From Candidatus Latescibacterota bacterium (lineage in GTDB: Bacteria; Latescibacterota; UBA2968; UBA8231): a DNA stretch of 64,000 nucleotides. A program made the position numbers and the translations under genes. Below are positions 1 to 10,380 of the stretch, piece by piece. The stretch spans positions 416,001 to 480,000 of the forward strand of contig CBDCDC010000002.1 in assembly GCA_965215195.1 (NCBI GenBank), given 5' to 3'. The first letter of the stretch is position 1; every line of letters starts with the position of its first letter. Under the pieces are notes generated by a model, which searched no databases, was not told where the DNA came from, and saw only the letters and a program-made list of their open reading frames with translations.

Positions 1-2
1 TG

Positions 3-542
3 GGCGAGGACGACGCTGAATTGCGGGTGAGTTTTGCAAACGCAGTCCTGCGCTTCGGCACCACGTTTAGCGGTCGAGTTTTTAACACCGCATCTGAGGG
101 CGAGTTGGGGCAGAGCGTGGTGGCCGGCAATGCGGCCGATCTGGGTGCGGACGACCCCGACACCCAAGCGCTGGGTACGCCTTTTGAGGGCAATCTGTCG
201 GTGAAAGTGCCCATCTCGGGCGAACTGCTGATCAACGTGTGCGCCCAGCCGCAGGTCTTCACGCCCAACGGGGACGGCGTCAACGACCGGGCCGAGCTGC
301 AATACGACTTGACCAATGTGGGCCGTCCCACACCGCTGGGAGTTGCAATTTTCGATTTGGCCGGCCGGCCGGTGCGGCACCTGTACGACGCGCTGGACCA
401 AAGTGGGCGCTTTGTCCGGCCTTGGGACGGACGCGACGACGCGGGCCGGCTGGTGCCGCCGGGCAGCTACGTGTTTAGCGTTGCGCTGGACGCCAAGACC
501 GGCCAAACGAGAGCGGTCGCTGCGGTTGGGGTGGTGTATTGA
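3..542 (+). CDS. 5'-truncated secreted protein with FTPNGD (CHU_C/T9SS type-B-like) + FlgD-Ig C-terminal domain
   Basis: Frame open to the window edge. FTPNGDGVND..IFDLAGRPVR..WDGRDDAGRLVPPGSY motif; paralogous to the C-termini of 11010 and 12931. Confidence 0.85.
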   Translation, partial: GEDDAELRVSFANAVLRFGTTFSGRVFNTASEGELGQSVVAGNAADLGADDPDTQALGTPFEGNLSVKVPISGELLINVCAQPQVFTPNGDGVNDRAELQYDLTNVGRPTPLGVAIFDLAGRPVRHLYDALDQSGRFVRPWDGRDDAGRLVPPGSYVFSVALDAKTGQTRAVAAVGVVY

Positions 543-554
543 GTGGGGGTGGGT

Positions 555-1019
555 TCAGAGCTTGATGACGGCGATGAGGATGCCGGTGATGGCGACCAAG
601 GTGGTCATGAGCCACATAAAATGGGCGTTCATGCGCTTATGGGTTTCGTCGATGCGGTGCTGCACCGCTTGGATTTGTTCTCCTAATGATCGGTTGGTCT
701 CGTCGACGCGCTTATTGGTTTCGTCGATGCACTTATTGGTCTCGTCGACGCGCTTATTGGTTTCGTCGATGCGCTTATTGGTTTCGTCGATGTGGTGCTG
801 CACCGCTTGGATTTGTTCTCCTAATGATCGGTTGGTCTCGTCGATGCACTTATCGGTCTCGTCGATGCGGTGCTGCACAACCCCTATCTGGTTGCGCAGG
901 TCTTGGGAATCTTCGCGCATCTGGTTGCGCAGGTCTTGGATGTCTTCGCGCAGATAGCTGATGCCCCAGTGCAGGTCGTCGGGAGCGGGGCGAGATGGAG
1001 AGGTGGGATTTTCGGTCAT
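555..1019 (-). CDS. coiled-coil protein with C-terminal TM anchor (DUF1640-like)
   Basis: Heptad repeats (RIDETNK), hydrophobic C-tail FMWLMTTLVAITGILIAVIKL, RBS AAGGAG upstream. Confidence 0.75.
   Translation of the reverse strand: MTENPTSPSRPAPDDLHWGISYLREDIQDLRNQMREDSQDLRNQIGVVQHRIDETDKCIDETNRSLGEQIQAVQHHIDETNKRIDETNKRVDETNKCIDETNKRVDETNRSLGEQIQAVQHRIDETHKRMNAHFMWLMTTLVAITGILIAVIKL
641..880. repeat. intragenic 21-bp tandem repeats plus a larger internal duplication
   Basis: gcttattggtttcgtcgatgc-type units; the block tgctgcaccgcttggatttgttctcctaatgatcggttggtctcgtcga occurs twice. Confidence 0.9.
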
Positions 1020-1069
1020 GGCAGGCTCCTTAGGAGGCTGTGGGTAATATGGGGGCTCACGGGGTAAGA

Positions 1070-1085
1070 AGCAGCCTACATGCCA
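1070..1085 (-). promoter_or_regulatory. putative sigma54 (-24/-12) promoter
   Basis: Minus strand TGGCATGTAGGCTGCT with GG/GC at canonical spacing, about 50 bp upstream of the 555..1019 gene. Confidence 0.5.
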
Positions 1086-1337
1086 AGGCCGATTCTTGAG
1101 TAGGCGCGGCCGTGTGTTGGCTCAAGGTGTGTGCGCGAGCACCCGCGGATGGATGCTTTGCGCTACAGTGAGGGGAACGATGGAGAACGCGGCCGTGCGG
1201 GTGGGCTTGCGGCTTCACTTGACCAAAATTAGCTGCCTAACGGCGGTGTTCTGGCACCCACGCCGCTGGCGTCGTTGCGTCCATCGTGCGGGCAGCAAGG
1301 GCACTGCCCCTACGAGTGTGGATGGGAAATATCCGTT

Positions 1338-4115
1338 ATGAAAACATATATCGTCGCCTTGGGGCTGGTGCTGATGGTGAGCCTCCCGGCTTGGGGCCAG
1401 ACCTATGTGCAGCGCGGCGGGGTCGTCAGCTTTGAGCCGACCGGCCCGGGTGTGCTGTTCGGGGCACTGGACCCGACCGTCAAAAAGTGGTACGTGCCGC
1501 AGGAGCTGTACGCCGACTATGGCTGGCGTCAGTGGGAGTACTCCAACTACGCCCGCACTCCGTATGAGCGCTACGTCAACACCACCCGCGAAGGCGACTA
1601 CTTCTACGATGTGTACGGCAACTTTACCACGCGCGGTTGGCTGATCTACGACTGGCGTCAGTTCCAGCCGCAGCCCTTGGGCAGTGGCATCTTCCAGAGT
1701 ACGCGCTTCAACCGCTGGTTCAACGCGGTGACCATCAGCGGCGATTCGCAGGGGCAGTACCACTACGCGATCACGGTCGGCGACCGGATCCGCACGACCC
1801 TGACGCCGATGACCTTTTCCAAGCCGGATTTCAATGGGGTGCAGGTGGATTTTGCCTCAGACAAGTACCAGGCGACGATCCTCGCCTCGCGCATCAGCGA
1901 GCCGATTCGCGGCTCCACCCAGCTTTCGGGCGGGATTACCGAGCCGGTGACCCAGACCAACATCACCTCGTTGTTCGGCGGGCGCGCCACCTTTCAGATA
2001 GGTGATTTCGTCGAGATTGGTGCCCAAGTGATGGACGCTAGCAACGGCAATACCCTGCTCGACATGTTCAACGGCGACCTAATCGCCGGCAGTCTCACGG
2101 CTGGGCAGAGCACGGCACCGCTGACGGCTATTGCGGTGATCCTGAGCGACGATTCGCCCGCAGACAACGAAGGGGGCGCAGCCCTGTTTAGCCACGACGT
2201 GCGGATTACCAGCCGCGACTTCGACACCGGCAAGGAGACGGTTTCTACCTTGCAGGAGGTCGTCCGCCCCGGTGCGCAGTGGCCGGTCCTCTTCGGGGGG
2301 TTTCGGCGGCCGGGCTTTCTGGCCGCGGACGGTCCAGAGCGGATCATCGTCAACTACGACTTCAACGACCCGGCCTACGTTGGCCCGGATCCGACGACCA
2401 TTGTCGCGGTGGACTTCAACTACGTGCTGGCCAACGACTTCAAGGTCGAGATGTGGTCCGACCGCCAGACGGGCTTGCGCGGGGTGCCGCCGCCGCCGTT
2501 GACGGCCGAGGTGATTGACGCGGCGCAGCCAGCGCTGATTGCGTTGCGCCGGGCCGCGGGCAATGTCGCGGACATCACCAACTTGCAGCGGGTTGAGTTT
2601 TCCTACGGCCTGCCAACGGCCAACTTGGTTGGTGGCTTCACCATGGAGGGCACCGGAGTCTTCGGCTTTGACTTGTACGGCGAGTGGGATCGCAACAAGC
2701 GCTATTTCCAGTTTCCCAATGCCGCGCTGTTCAACGAGGGCGAAGCGCATGCGATCTCCTCGGAAGGGTCCGACGCTTGGCACGTCACGGTCTCGCGCAA
2801 TGTGTTCCCCTACTTCCTCTACGGCGAGGCCTACGCCATAGACGAAGCCTATTCGACGACCGCCTTCTTGGTCAGCGCCACGGGCGATGTGCAATACGAC
2901 AATACCCAGCGGCACTTGTACGAGTTCGTGGATGACAACGACGACCAAGACCGCTTTCCCGACTGGATTCGCTTTGGGTCAACCAATGACCGGGCGATCT
3001 TTCCCGGCTGGGACCAAAACAACGACTTCATCTCGGACTTCAACCAAAACGACAACGCCACCGCGGCCAATATCGTCCCGGATTACGACGAGCCGTTTCT
3101 GCGCTACAACGTCGATCGGCCGGAATTTCTCTTTGGCATTGATTTGAACAACAACAACTGGATCGACCGCTTTGAGGACGACGATCTGCCCGATTACCCG
3201 TACAAGCCGGACCGGCGGGGGTACAACGTTTTCGGCGGCATCCACCTCGCGCCGGATATGCGGCTAACCGTTGGCCGCACGGACGAGAAATCGCAAGCGA
3301 CCGATGCCTTCAACGAGACCAATTACGCGCTGTTCACGCTGGATCGGGACTACGCGGGCTTGGGGCGCTTGCGGGTCTTTGACATGCTCAAGCAGGCCAA
3401 GGACACCATCCCCGACGCCCGGCGCGAGCCAACGCCCTTTGTGGGCGCGCCGATCCAGCCGGTGGTGCGCGACATCTTGGCGGCGCAGGACACTTGGGTC
3501 AACACCGCGTACGCGCAATTCGACTATCAGGGCATTGAGGGGCTGAACGTGGTCAACAAATTCAAGTGGGAGCGCTTCCAGCAAAACGCCGCGGACCCGC
3601 GCGACAGCATTGGCCGCCGGCTAAAAAAGACCGCGAGTTTCCTAGGGCTTATCAACAAGATCGACTATATCTACGGGCTTGGCCGCTTTGACTTGCAGCC
3701 GCGCTGCAAGAGCGAGTTTTTGCGGCAGACCCCGTTTGCCGCCGATGAGGAGCGGCGCGAGGAATGGGCGTTGACCGTGCAGTTGATCGCCCGCTTGCCG
3801 GTCATGCGGCGCACGGTTATAGAATCCGGCGTGGAGCAATTGTGGTTCAGCGACCGAGTGCAGGACGAGGACGCGCTGCGGGCGGCCGGGCTTTTGCAGG
3901 AGACCGGAGACTGGCGCTCGACCCATATCGCGCTGCAACTCTCTACTACTTCCGACTACCAAGGATACCGGCTGACCACGCAAGCGGGCTTGCGCTTCGG
4001 CCGCACGCTGAGCGAGCGAGTGATTGAAGACAGCGACCGGCCGGGCGTTTTCACAACCGACGACAAGGGCAAGAATGAGACTACGACTTTTATCACAGTA
4101 TTTGCCGGCTTGTAG
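1338..4115 (+). CDS. large exported protein, putative outer-membrane beta-barrel with Asp/Asn-rich Ca-binding loops (paralog A)
   Basis: Signal peptide MKTYIVALGL..AWG; DDNDDQDRFPD/DQNNDFISD/DLNNNNWID motifs; amphipathic beta-strand C-terminus. Barrel call is inferred. Confidence 0.6.
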   Translation: MKTYIVALGLVLMVSLPAWGQTYVQRGGVVSFEPTGPGVLFGALDPTVKKWYVPQELYADYGWRQWEYSNYARTPYERYVNTTREGDYFYDVYGNFTTRGWLIYDWRQFQPQPLGSGIFQSTRFNRWFNAVTISGDSQGQYHYAITVGDRIRTTLTPMTFSKPDFNGVQVDFASDKYQATILASRISEPIRGSTQLSGGITEPVTQTNITSLFGGRATFQIGDFVEIGAQVMDASNGNTLLDMFNGDLIAGSLTAGQSTAPLTAIAVILSDDSPADNEGGAALFSHDVRITSRDFDTGKETVSTLQEVVRPGAQWPVLFGGFRRPGFLAADGPERIIVNYDFNDPAYVGPDPTTIVAVDFNYVLANDFKVEMWSDRQTGLRGVPPPPLTAEVIDAAQPALIALRRAAGNVADITNLQRVEFSYGLPTANLVGGFTMEGTGVFGFDLYGEWDRNKRYFQFPNAALFNEGEAHAISSEGSDAWHVTVSRNVFPYFLYGEAYAIDEAYSTTAFLVSATGDVQYDNTQRHLYEFVDDNDDQDRFPDWIRFGSTNDRAIFPGWDQNNDFISDFNQNDNATAANIVPDYDEPFLRYNVDRPEFLFGIDLNNNNWIDRFEDDDLPDYPYKPDRRGYNVFGGIHLAPDMRLTVGRTDEKSQATDAFNETNYALFTLDRDYAGLGRLRVFDMLKQAKDTIPDARREPTPFVGAPIQPVVRDILAAQDTWVNTAYAQFDYQGIEGLNVVNKFKWERFQQNAADPRDSIGRRLKKTASFLGLINKIDYIYGLGRFDLQPRCKSEFLRQTPFAADEERREEWALTVQLIARLPVMRRTVIESGVEQLWFSDRVQDEDALRAAGLLQETGDWRSTHIALQLSTTSDYQGYRLTTQAGLRFGRTLSERVIEDSDRPGVFTTDDKGKNETTTFITVFAGL

Positions 4116-5721
4116 GGGGCCGCGATCGTGGCCTCCTTTGCTCGTCGGCTGGCTTTTGGGGGCTGGTTGCGCCCAAGAGCCTGAGGAACTCGTGCTGGCC
4201 CGAGTGGATGGCGAGCCGATTACCGCGTCCGAGTTCGGGGATTTTGACGGGCGGATTCCCGCTGGGATGAAGCAGGGGGGCCGGCGCGAAGTGCTCGAAA
4301 GCCTGATCGACAAAAAGCTGCTTTTGCGCGAAGCGGCCGCCACTCATATAGCTGAAGATGCTTGGTTCAAAGGCGAGCTGGCCCGCTTCAAACGCGCTCG
4401 GCTGCTGGCCCTGTACATGGAGCGCGAGGTCGTCGCCAAGATCGAAATTACCCCCGAGGAAATAGAGCATCACTACCGAGAGAGCGGCCGGCACCGCGCC
4501 CTGCGCTTGGGCGGCATCATGGTCGAGACCTTGGCGGAAGCGCACGCACTCGGCGACCAGCTCGCCGCAGGGGCCGATTTCCACGAACTGGCCAGCGCGC
4601 ACTCGGTTCACGAAAAGACGGCCGCGCGGGGCGGCGACACTGGCATATACCAGACGCGGGACCAGATGTCGGCGGCGACGGTCGAGCAGGTGCTCGATCT
4701 GGCGATAGGGGGCGTTTCCGCGCCGGTGCGCGAAGTTTTCGGCCACGAGGACTTTTACGTGATCTACACCGTCCTCGACGAGATTCCAGCGCCCCGGAGC
4801 GCGTCCGAGCGGATCATCGTCGAGGAGCTGACCGTGCAAAAGCGCACGGAGCGGTTGCAGGTGCTGCGCGATTCGCTCGTGCAAGCGTACGCGCCCATGC
4901 CGCGCCCGGCCGCGCTTCAACGGCTCGTCGAGAACGGGGTCATGGCGGACCAAGCCGAAATTCTCTGCGCCTATCGGGGCGGCGCACTCACCGTCAGCGG
5001 TTTTTTGGCGGCGCACGAGCGTCTCGCCGGCAGGAGTTTACCGGCGGCCGACAGCGCGCACGTGGCCGCGTTTCTGCACGGCCGGGTCCTGCCCGACCTG
5101 TTCGTGAGCACCGAGATCGAGGCGGCCGGCTTGGCAGAGGATGCGCGTTTCAAAGAGACCGTGGCGTTTAAGCGCGAGGAGTTGCTGCTCAGCGCCTTGC
5201 GCCGGCGGGAGGTCGATCAGTACGTGCGCGTCAGCGAAGAAGAAGTGCGCGCCTTTTACGACGCGCATCCCGAAAAATTCGCTCGGCCCGAAAACGCGAC
5301 CATCGTCGAGATTTTGGTGGCGTCGGATTCGCTGGCCCAGCGCTTGGCAGACGAGTTGCGCGCCGGGGGCGATGCCGCAGCGTTGGCTAAGCTCCACAGT
5401 CGGCGCGAGGGCAGCTTGCACCACGGCGGCCAGATCCAGATCAATGCCTATACTCAAGGGCTGTTTCCCGTGTTGTCTGCGGCCGTGCGGGAGGTCGCTG
5501 TCGGCGAGGTGGGCGGGCCGTTGAAGACCGAGCGCGGCTATTCGGTCTTCAAGGTGCTGGAGCGCACGCGCGAGCCGATTCCGTACAACGCCGAATCCCA
5601 GCGCCGCGCCCGGGCCTACGTGCGGATCGACAAGTCGAAGCGGGATTACGTGCGCTTCGTGCGCAATTTGCGGAATAAGTATCCGGTGGAAATTGTCGCG
5701 GGCAGTTTGGAAAAGCTGTGA
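4075..5721 (+). CDS. lipoprotein peptidyl-prolyl isomerase, two parvulin domains (SurA/PrsA-like)
   Basis: Lipobox LGAGC; LARVDGEPIT, GADFHELASAHS..ARGGDTG, second domain GEVGGPLKTERGYSVFKV. Start codon is uncertain. Confidence 0.85.
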   Translation: MRLRLLSQYLPACRGPRSWPPLLVGWLLGAGCAQEPEELVLARVDGEPITASEFGDFDGRIPAGMKQGGRREVLESLIDKKLLLREAAATHIAEDAWFKGELARFKRARLLALYMEREVVAKIEITPEEIEHHYRESGRHRALRLGGIMVETLAEAHALGDQLAAGADFHELASAHSVHEKTAARGGDTGIYQTRDQMSAATVEQVLDLAIGGVSAPVREVFGHEDFYVIYTVLDEIPAPRSASERIIVEELTVQKRTERLQVLRDSLVQAYAPMPRPAALQRLVENGVMADQAEILCAYRGGALTVSGFLAAHERLAGRSLPAADSAHVAAFLHGRVLPDLFVSTEIEAAGLAEDARFKETVAFKREELLLSALRRREVDQYVRVSEEEVRAFYDAHPEKFARPENATIVEILVASDSLAQRLADELRAGGDAAALAKLHSRREGSLHHGGQIQINAYTQGLFPVLSAAVREVAVGEVGGPLKTERGYSVFKVLERTREPIPYNAESQRRARAYVRIDKSKRDYVRFVRNLRNKYPVEIVAGSLEKL

Positions 5722-7269
5722 GAGTTTCACGCTAGCAGAAAGGAGATTGCGATGAGATTGCTAATGCTCTTGCTGGTTGTTCTGGCTGGCTATACAGTCG
5801 CTGGGGATGCTCAGGAAACCGATGGTGCCGCCATAGAACTCAACCCACTCGATTTCGTCCCTTTGGAAGTGGGTAATCGCTGGGTATACAGACATAGCTA
5901 TAACAATGGGATGTATTACGCATGGGACGATTTTTGGAGGCGCCATGGGCTGCCGTCTGACGAGGAAGAGGAAATAGCATATTGGGAAGCCTATTTCAAG
6001 CAATTTGAGATTCCCGGGTATCCATTTGGGGAGTCGAGTCCACCTAGGTCCTCAACTGACACTTACCCGGACGATCCTACTTTGGTTGTTGAGGTCACGC
6101 ATACGGAGTGGATCGACGGCTTTGAGTATTTTGTCTTTAGTGAGGCTCCGTATGACTGGCCACCACTGCCGGCGTTTTTTTGGGCTGGCCAGAAGGTGCG
6201 CTTGTCCGAGGACGGTATGCTGCTTTTTCATCGGAATGGCACCGATATTCCCTTGTATGATTTCAGTCCACAGTATGAGGATATAGAGATACCTGCGGAA
6301 TGGTATAGTACTTCAACTGAATATGTCCCAGTCAGGGCTGGTCGGTGGATGAGCGATCGGCTTTTCTATCCGGATCACACGGACGTAATTATAAATCCAG
6401 CGTATCGGGATCAAACTTTGGAGGTCGGTTTTCACTTTAGCAACCCAATGGAATATCTTACTGGTTGGAGCGTTAGATTTGTGAAAGGATATGGGATAGG
6501 ACTTGTTCGGAGGGAAGTATTTGGTACTGGTACTTCCTTGCTCTTTTGGAATAGTCTTAGTCCTATTTCTGCAATTCTTTCTGGGAAAGAAGTGTCCTAT
6601 GAAGAAGCGACAGGTAAATTTGTAGGGGAACCCGATTTCTCGTCGATATTGGGACAACTCGGTAAGATATCCATAAACAACGGCGGCTTCACGGTATCGG
6701 GATTTGACTTCAGCGAAGGAACCAAGTCTGAATACTTTTTTGGCGAAAAGAAGGAGGGCGACCTAGAGGCGTATCAATCTACTTGGGATGGTTTTGCCAG
6801 TACGTCACCTTATTTAATCTCATACATAGGAATGGCCGATCTCGGGCGAGTGGATTTTGGCCGTCTGGTCTCCGAAGGACCCGCCGACTTGCGGCCAGAT
6901 CCTCCATCTTGCTCGTGGCGCACCGCTCCTCCCTTTTGCCCCGAAGGACCCGCCGACTTGCGGCCAGATCCTTCTACGTCCGACGACCTCAGGTGGAGGA
7001 AGGTGCCCCAAGAAGGAGATACCTATGCGATTTGGACCCAAGAGGGGGGCATTGCGCTGATGCATATCCTTGATGTCAAACACACGTGGAGGCGCACAGT
7101 CTTGTATATATTGTTTGACTATGTGTACTATCCCGCTTCCGACAGGTCCCCTGAGAAGACCTCTGTCCAGCCTACATCGTGGGGCCAGTTGAAGCAACTT
7201 TTCCTTCAAGATTCACCTATCAAAACAGAAGAGTAAGGCGAATTCGAGTTCAATCTGGAAAAGCTGTGA
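5708..7269. repeat. 14-bp direct repeat TGGAAAAGCTGTGA (5708-5721, 7256-7269) flanking the inserted gene
   Basis: Exact duplication of the 3' end of the PPIase gene. Confidence 0.8.
5752..7236 (+). CDS. secreted hypothetical protein with C-terminal TSVQPTSWGQLK motif; lower GC than its neighbours
   Basis: RBS AAGGAG, signal peptide, FVPLEVGNRWVY N-terminal motif. Confidence 0.8.
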   Translation: MRLLMLLLVVLAGYTVAGDAQETDGAAIELNPLDFVPLEVGNRWVYRHSYNNGMYYAWDDFWRRHGLPSDEEEEIAYWEAYFKQFEIPGYPFGESSPPRSSTDTYPDDPTLVVEVTHTEWIDGFEYFVFSEAPYDWPPLPAFFWAGQKVRLSEDGMLLFHRNGTDIPLYDFSPQYEDIEIPAEWYSTSTEYVPVRAGRWMSDRLFYPDHTDVIINPAYRDQTLEVGFHFSNPMEYLTGWSVRFVKGYGIGLVRREVFGTGTSLLFWNSLSPISAILSGKEVSYEEATGKFVGEPDFSSILGQLGKISINNGGFTVSGFDFSEGTKSEYFFGEKKEGDLEAYQSTWDGFASTSPYLISYIGMADLGRVDFGRLVSEGPADLRPDPPSCSWRTAPPFCPEGPADLRPDPSTSDDLRWRKVPQEGDTYAIWTQEGGIALMHILDVKHTWRRTVLYILFDYVYYPASDRSPEKTSVQPTSWGQLKQLFLQDSPIKTEE

Positions 7270-7272
7270 ATC

Positions 7273-10116
7273 GTGCGTTGGACAGCGAACATAGCGTTGG
7301 CCTTGGCACTCGTCGTGCCGGCTGGAGCGCAGACCGATTACGGCTACCGCTTGGGGCGGCAGGAAAGGGGCGAAGTCCGCTTCACGGCCCAAGGGCCAAG
7401 CGTGCTGATGGGGGCTTTAGATCCAACGGTTATGCGCTGGTACATGCCGCAGGAGTTGTTCGACGAGTACGGCCGCCGGCAGTGGCGCTACACCAACTAC
7501 GCCACCGAGCCGTATTGGCGCTACATCGACCGCAACCAAGAGGGTTCGCATTTCTACGACACCTACGGCAAGCTGATCTCGCGCGGCTGGCTGGTGTACG
7601 ACTGGCGACAGACCCAAGCGCGCACGGTCGCAAGCAGCGAATTGACCAAAGAGCGGCGCTACGCCACGTGGTTCAACCGGCTGATCATCTCCTCGGATGC
7701 GAGCGGCGACTACAACTATTCGCTGATGATCGGCGACGAGATTTTCGCCACCCTGACGCCGATGACCTTCCGCAAGGTCGGTTTCAATGGGGTCGTGACG
7801 AGCTTTGCCGCACGGCAGGTGCGCTTTACTGGCTTGTTTTCGCGCCCGAGCCTGCCCATCGTGGAGATCGACCCGGATATTCCGACGGCCTCGCAGGACA
7901 ACTTCACCAGTTTGATGGCCGGGCGTTTAGAGGCCGATGTGGGGGCCAACGCAACCTTGGGCCTGACGTTGGTCAATGCCCACAACCAGGCCGGCAACCG
8001 CGAGAGCTTCGCGGGCAATCCCCTCAAAGGCGTGCTGACGACCGGGCAGCTAGGCCGGCGGCTCAACAAGCTGATCGTGCGCCTGTCCGACGATTCGCCG
8101 GCCGATGGCAAAGGCGGGCCGGTGTTGTTCGGCACAGAGGTGGAGATCACCACGGCGCTGAGGCGCGAGGTGCCGGTCGCTGGCGGTGTGCGGCTGGTCT
8201 CTAAGGACACCACGTTCACGGGCAGCAGCATTGGCTTTGCGCCGGTGATCGCCGGCGGGGAGGAGCGCGGCGGGTTCTTGCGGGCCGATGGGACGGAGAG
8301 CATTGTGCTGCACTACGCGTTGGCTGCCGAAGAGGGCGAAAGCGAAGAGGGCACCTTGCGCTTGGCCTTGCAGCGCCGGTTGGAGTTGGGGCTGGACGAG
8401 GCCGACGACGCCATCACCCGCGTCAAAAACGTGCGCTTCCGCTTTGTGCTGGCCAACGACTACCGAGTCGAAGTGGCCTCTGACCGGCAGAACAGCCGCA
8501 TCGGCATCCCGCAGTTTTTGGTGGTGGCGCGGGCGGCTGGCAATGTCAAAAATCAGCTCAATCCGCGCGAAGTAGTTTTTGACTACGGCCTGCCGACCGC
8601 TGCGCAGATCGCCGGTATTACTGCCGAGGTGCGCGACTGGCAGGGCTTCGACTTGTACGGGGAATTCAACGTCAGTACCCAGTACCGCCAATTCCCCTCG
8701 ACGACGCGCAAATCGCACCGCTCGTTTTCCGGCATCCAAGGCGACGAGCACGCTGTCGGCTGGCTGTTCAATCTCGTGCGGTACGCAGAGCCTTGGCGCT
8801 TCTCCCTCGAAGGCTTTGGCATGGACGACACCTACGCCACCCGTTTCAAGCCGGTGGACGGTCGCGGCTTGGTCGACTACTCGCCCGAAGCCACCGCTAG
8901 GCTCTACGACTTTGTCGAGGACAACGACGATCAGGACCGCCACCCGGACCAGAAGCGGTTTTTCCAGGGCGGGTTGGTGCCGCCGCAGTCAACCGCGCTG
9001 GGCGGCTTTCAGGTGCGCTCGGACGGCGTACCCGATCCGGCCGTCTTTCCCGGGTACGACGAAAACGGCGACTTCATCTCGGACTTCAATCAGAATAGGA
9101 ATTTTTTCCCGGACTACGAAGAGCCTTTCCTGCGCTATCACTCGGACCGACCGGAGTTCCTTTTTGGCATTGACTTGAACAACAACGGCCTCGCCGAGCG
9201 CTTTGAAAACGACGACTTGCCCGACTATCCCTACAAGAAGGACCACTGGGGCTACAATGCCTACGCCAGCGTGGAGGTCAATCCGGAAATCCGCCTCTCG
9301 GCCGGCTACCTGCGCCAAGACATGCGCCAAGCCGACCGCAAAAACCACACGGCCTACGGTCTCGTTACCTTTGAACGGGATTGGCCCGGGCGCGGCCGAG
9401 TGCGGGTTTTCGACATGCTGAAGAAGGCCAAAGACACCATCCCCGACCCGCTGTCGCAGTGGATCGTACCGACGCTCGAATTCGGGGCTGCTGGGCAGAC
9501 GAGCGGGCAGCACATTGCCGTGCCCGATTTGCTGGCGGCCGAGGACACTTGGATCAATGCGTTCTACGCCGAGTGGCACTACGCCAGTCCACGGCGCTGG
9601 ACGACTAAGCACCGCTTCAAATGGGACTGGTGGCACCAGCGCGACGCCCCGGGCCGCAATGGCCGCGAGACTTCCGGTTTTGTGGGATTGATCGACAAAA
9701 TCGACGGCGTCTTTGCGTGGGGTGCGGTGGCGGTTTTGCCCCGCTGCAAAAGCGAGTTTCTCAGCCAAGCTCCCTTTTCCTTGGCCGAGCGTGGCCGCCG
9801 TTCTTGGGATGGGATCGGGTCGCTGTTGCTCCGCTTCCCGGTGATGCGGGATTCAGAGCTTGAACTGGGGTTTGAGCAGCGGCTGTTCTTTGAGTTGTTG
9901 CTGGACGAAAAGGCCCTAGCGGAAAACGCGCTGACCGGCGATTTTCGCGGCACGGTGTGGGCGGCGCAATTGAGCAATCAGCGGGAGTACTTAGGCTACG
10001 AATTGACGACCCAGCTCGGGTTGCGCTTTGATAGGCGTTCGTTGGAAGTGATCGGGCGGGTGCGCGAGACGCGGGCGGCGGGACTGGCGTTTTTGTCGAT
10101 ATTGGCGAGTCTGTGA
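7273..10116 (+). CDS. large exported protein, putative outer-membrane beta-barrel (paralog B of 1338..4115)
   Basis: Shared motifs GALDPTV.WY.PQEL, TLTPMTF.K.FNGV, DRPEFLFGIDLNNN, PRCKSEFL; signal peptide. Confidence 0.6.
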   Translation: MRWTANIALALALVVPAGAQTDYGYRLGRQERGEVRFTAQGPSVLMGALDPTVMRWYMPQELFDEYGRRQWRYTNYATEPYWRYIDRNQEGSHFYDTYGKLISRGWLVYDWRQTQARTVASSELTKERRYATWFNRLIISSDASGDYNYSLMIGDEIFATLTPMTFRKVGFNGVVTSFAARQVRFTGLFSRPSLPIVEIDPDIPTASQDNFTSLMAGRLEADVGANATLGLTLVNAHNQAGNRESFAGNPLKGVLTTGQLGRRLNKLIVRLSDDSPADGKGGPVLFGTEVEITTALRREVPVAGGVRLVSKDTTFTGSSIGFAPVIAGGEERGGFLRADGTESIVLHYALAAEEGESEEGTLRLALQRRLELGLDEADDAITRVKNVRFRFVLANDYRVEVASDRQNSRIGIPQFLVVARAAGNVKNQLNPREVVFDYGLPTAAQIAGITAEVRDWQGFDLYGEFNVSTQYRQFPSTTRKSHRSFSGIQGDEHAVGWLFNLVRYAEPWRFSLEGFGMDDTYATRFKPVDGRGLVDYSPEATARLYDFVEDNDDQDRHPDQKRFFQGGLVPPQSTALGGFQVRSDGVPDPAVFPGYDENGDFISDFNQNRNFFPDYEEPFLRYHSDRPEFLFGIDLNNNGLAERFENDDLPDYPYKKDHWGYNAYASVEVNPEIRLSAGYLRQDMRQADRKNHTAYGLVTFERDWPGRGRVRVFDMLKKAKDTIPDPLSQWIVPTLEFGAAGQTSGQHIAVPDLLAAEDTWINAFYAEWHYASPRRWTTKHRFKWDWWHQRDAPGRNGRETSGFVGLIDKIDGVFAWGAVAVLPRCKSEFLSQAPFSLAERGRRSWDGIGSLLLRFPVMRDSELELGFEQRLFFELLLDEKALAENALTGDFRGTVWAAQLSNQREYLGYELTTQLGLRFDRRSLEVIGRVRETRAAGLAFLSILASL

Positions 10117-10193
10117 GGGAGACCTACCCCTAGCTTCCCCTTGCCGGAAGGCTTTGATTTGAAAATCAAAGGATAAAGACCTGTACCCTACTT

Positions 10194-10367
10194 GTGCTGG
10201 CACTCGCTTGGCTGACTAGCGGGGCGGACGCGCTGACGATTTATCGGATCGGCGGTTCTTCGCTGCCGCGGCCAGAGTTGGCCGCGGGCGTGGAATTTGT
10301 GCAGCTCGATTGGGCGGAGGTGGAAGCCGCCCAGCACGGCCGCGTCGAATCGCTGAAGATCGATGCG
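10194..10367 (+). pseudogene. duplicated 5' fragment of gene 11010..12917
   Basis: 10203-10367 matches 11034-11198; I count 9 substitutions. Confidence 0.9.
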
Positions 10368-10380
10368 AATGGCCCACAGC

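Noticed and set aside
641-880. Possible CRISPR or non-coding repeat array
   Set aside because: Tandem 21-bp coding heptads with no unique spacers.
6872-6972. CRISPR-like dimensions (32-bp repeat, 37-bp spacer)
   Set aside because: Only two repeats, in frame inside a CDS, and no cas genes or leader.
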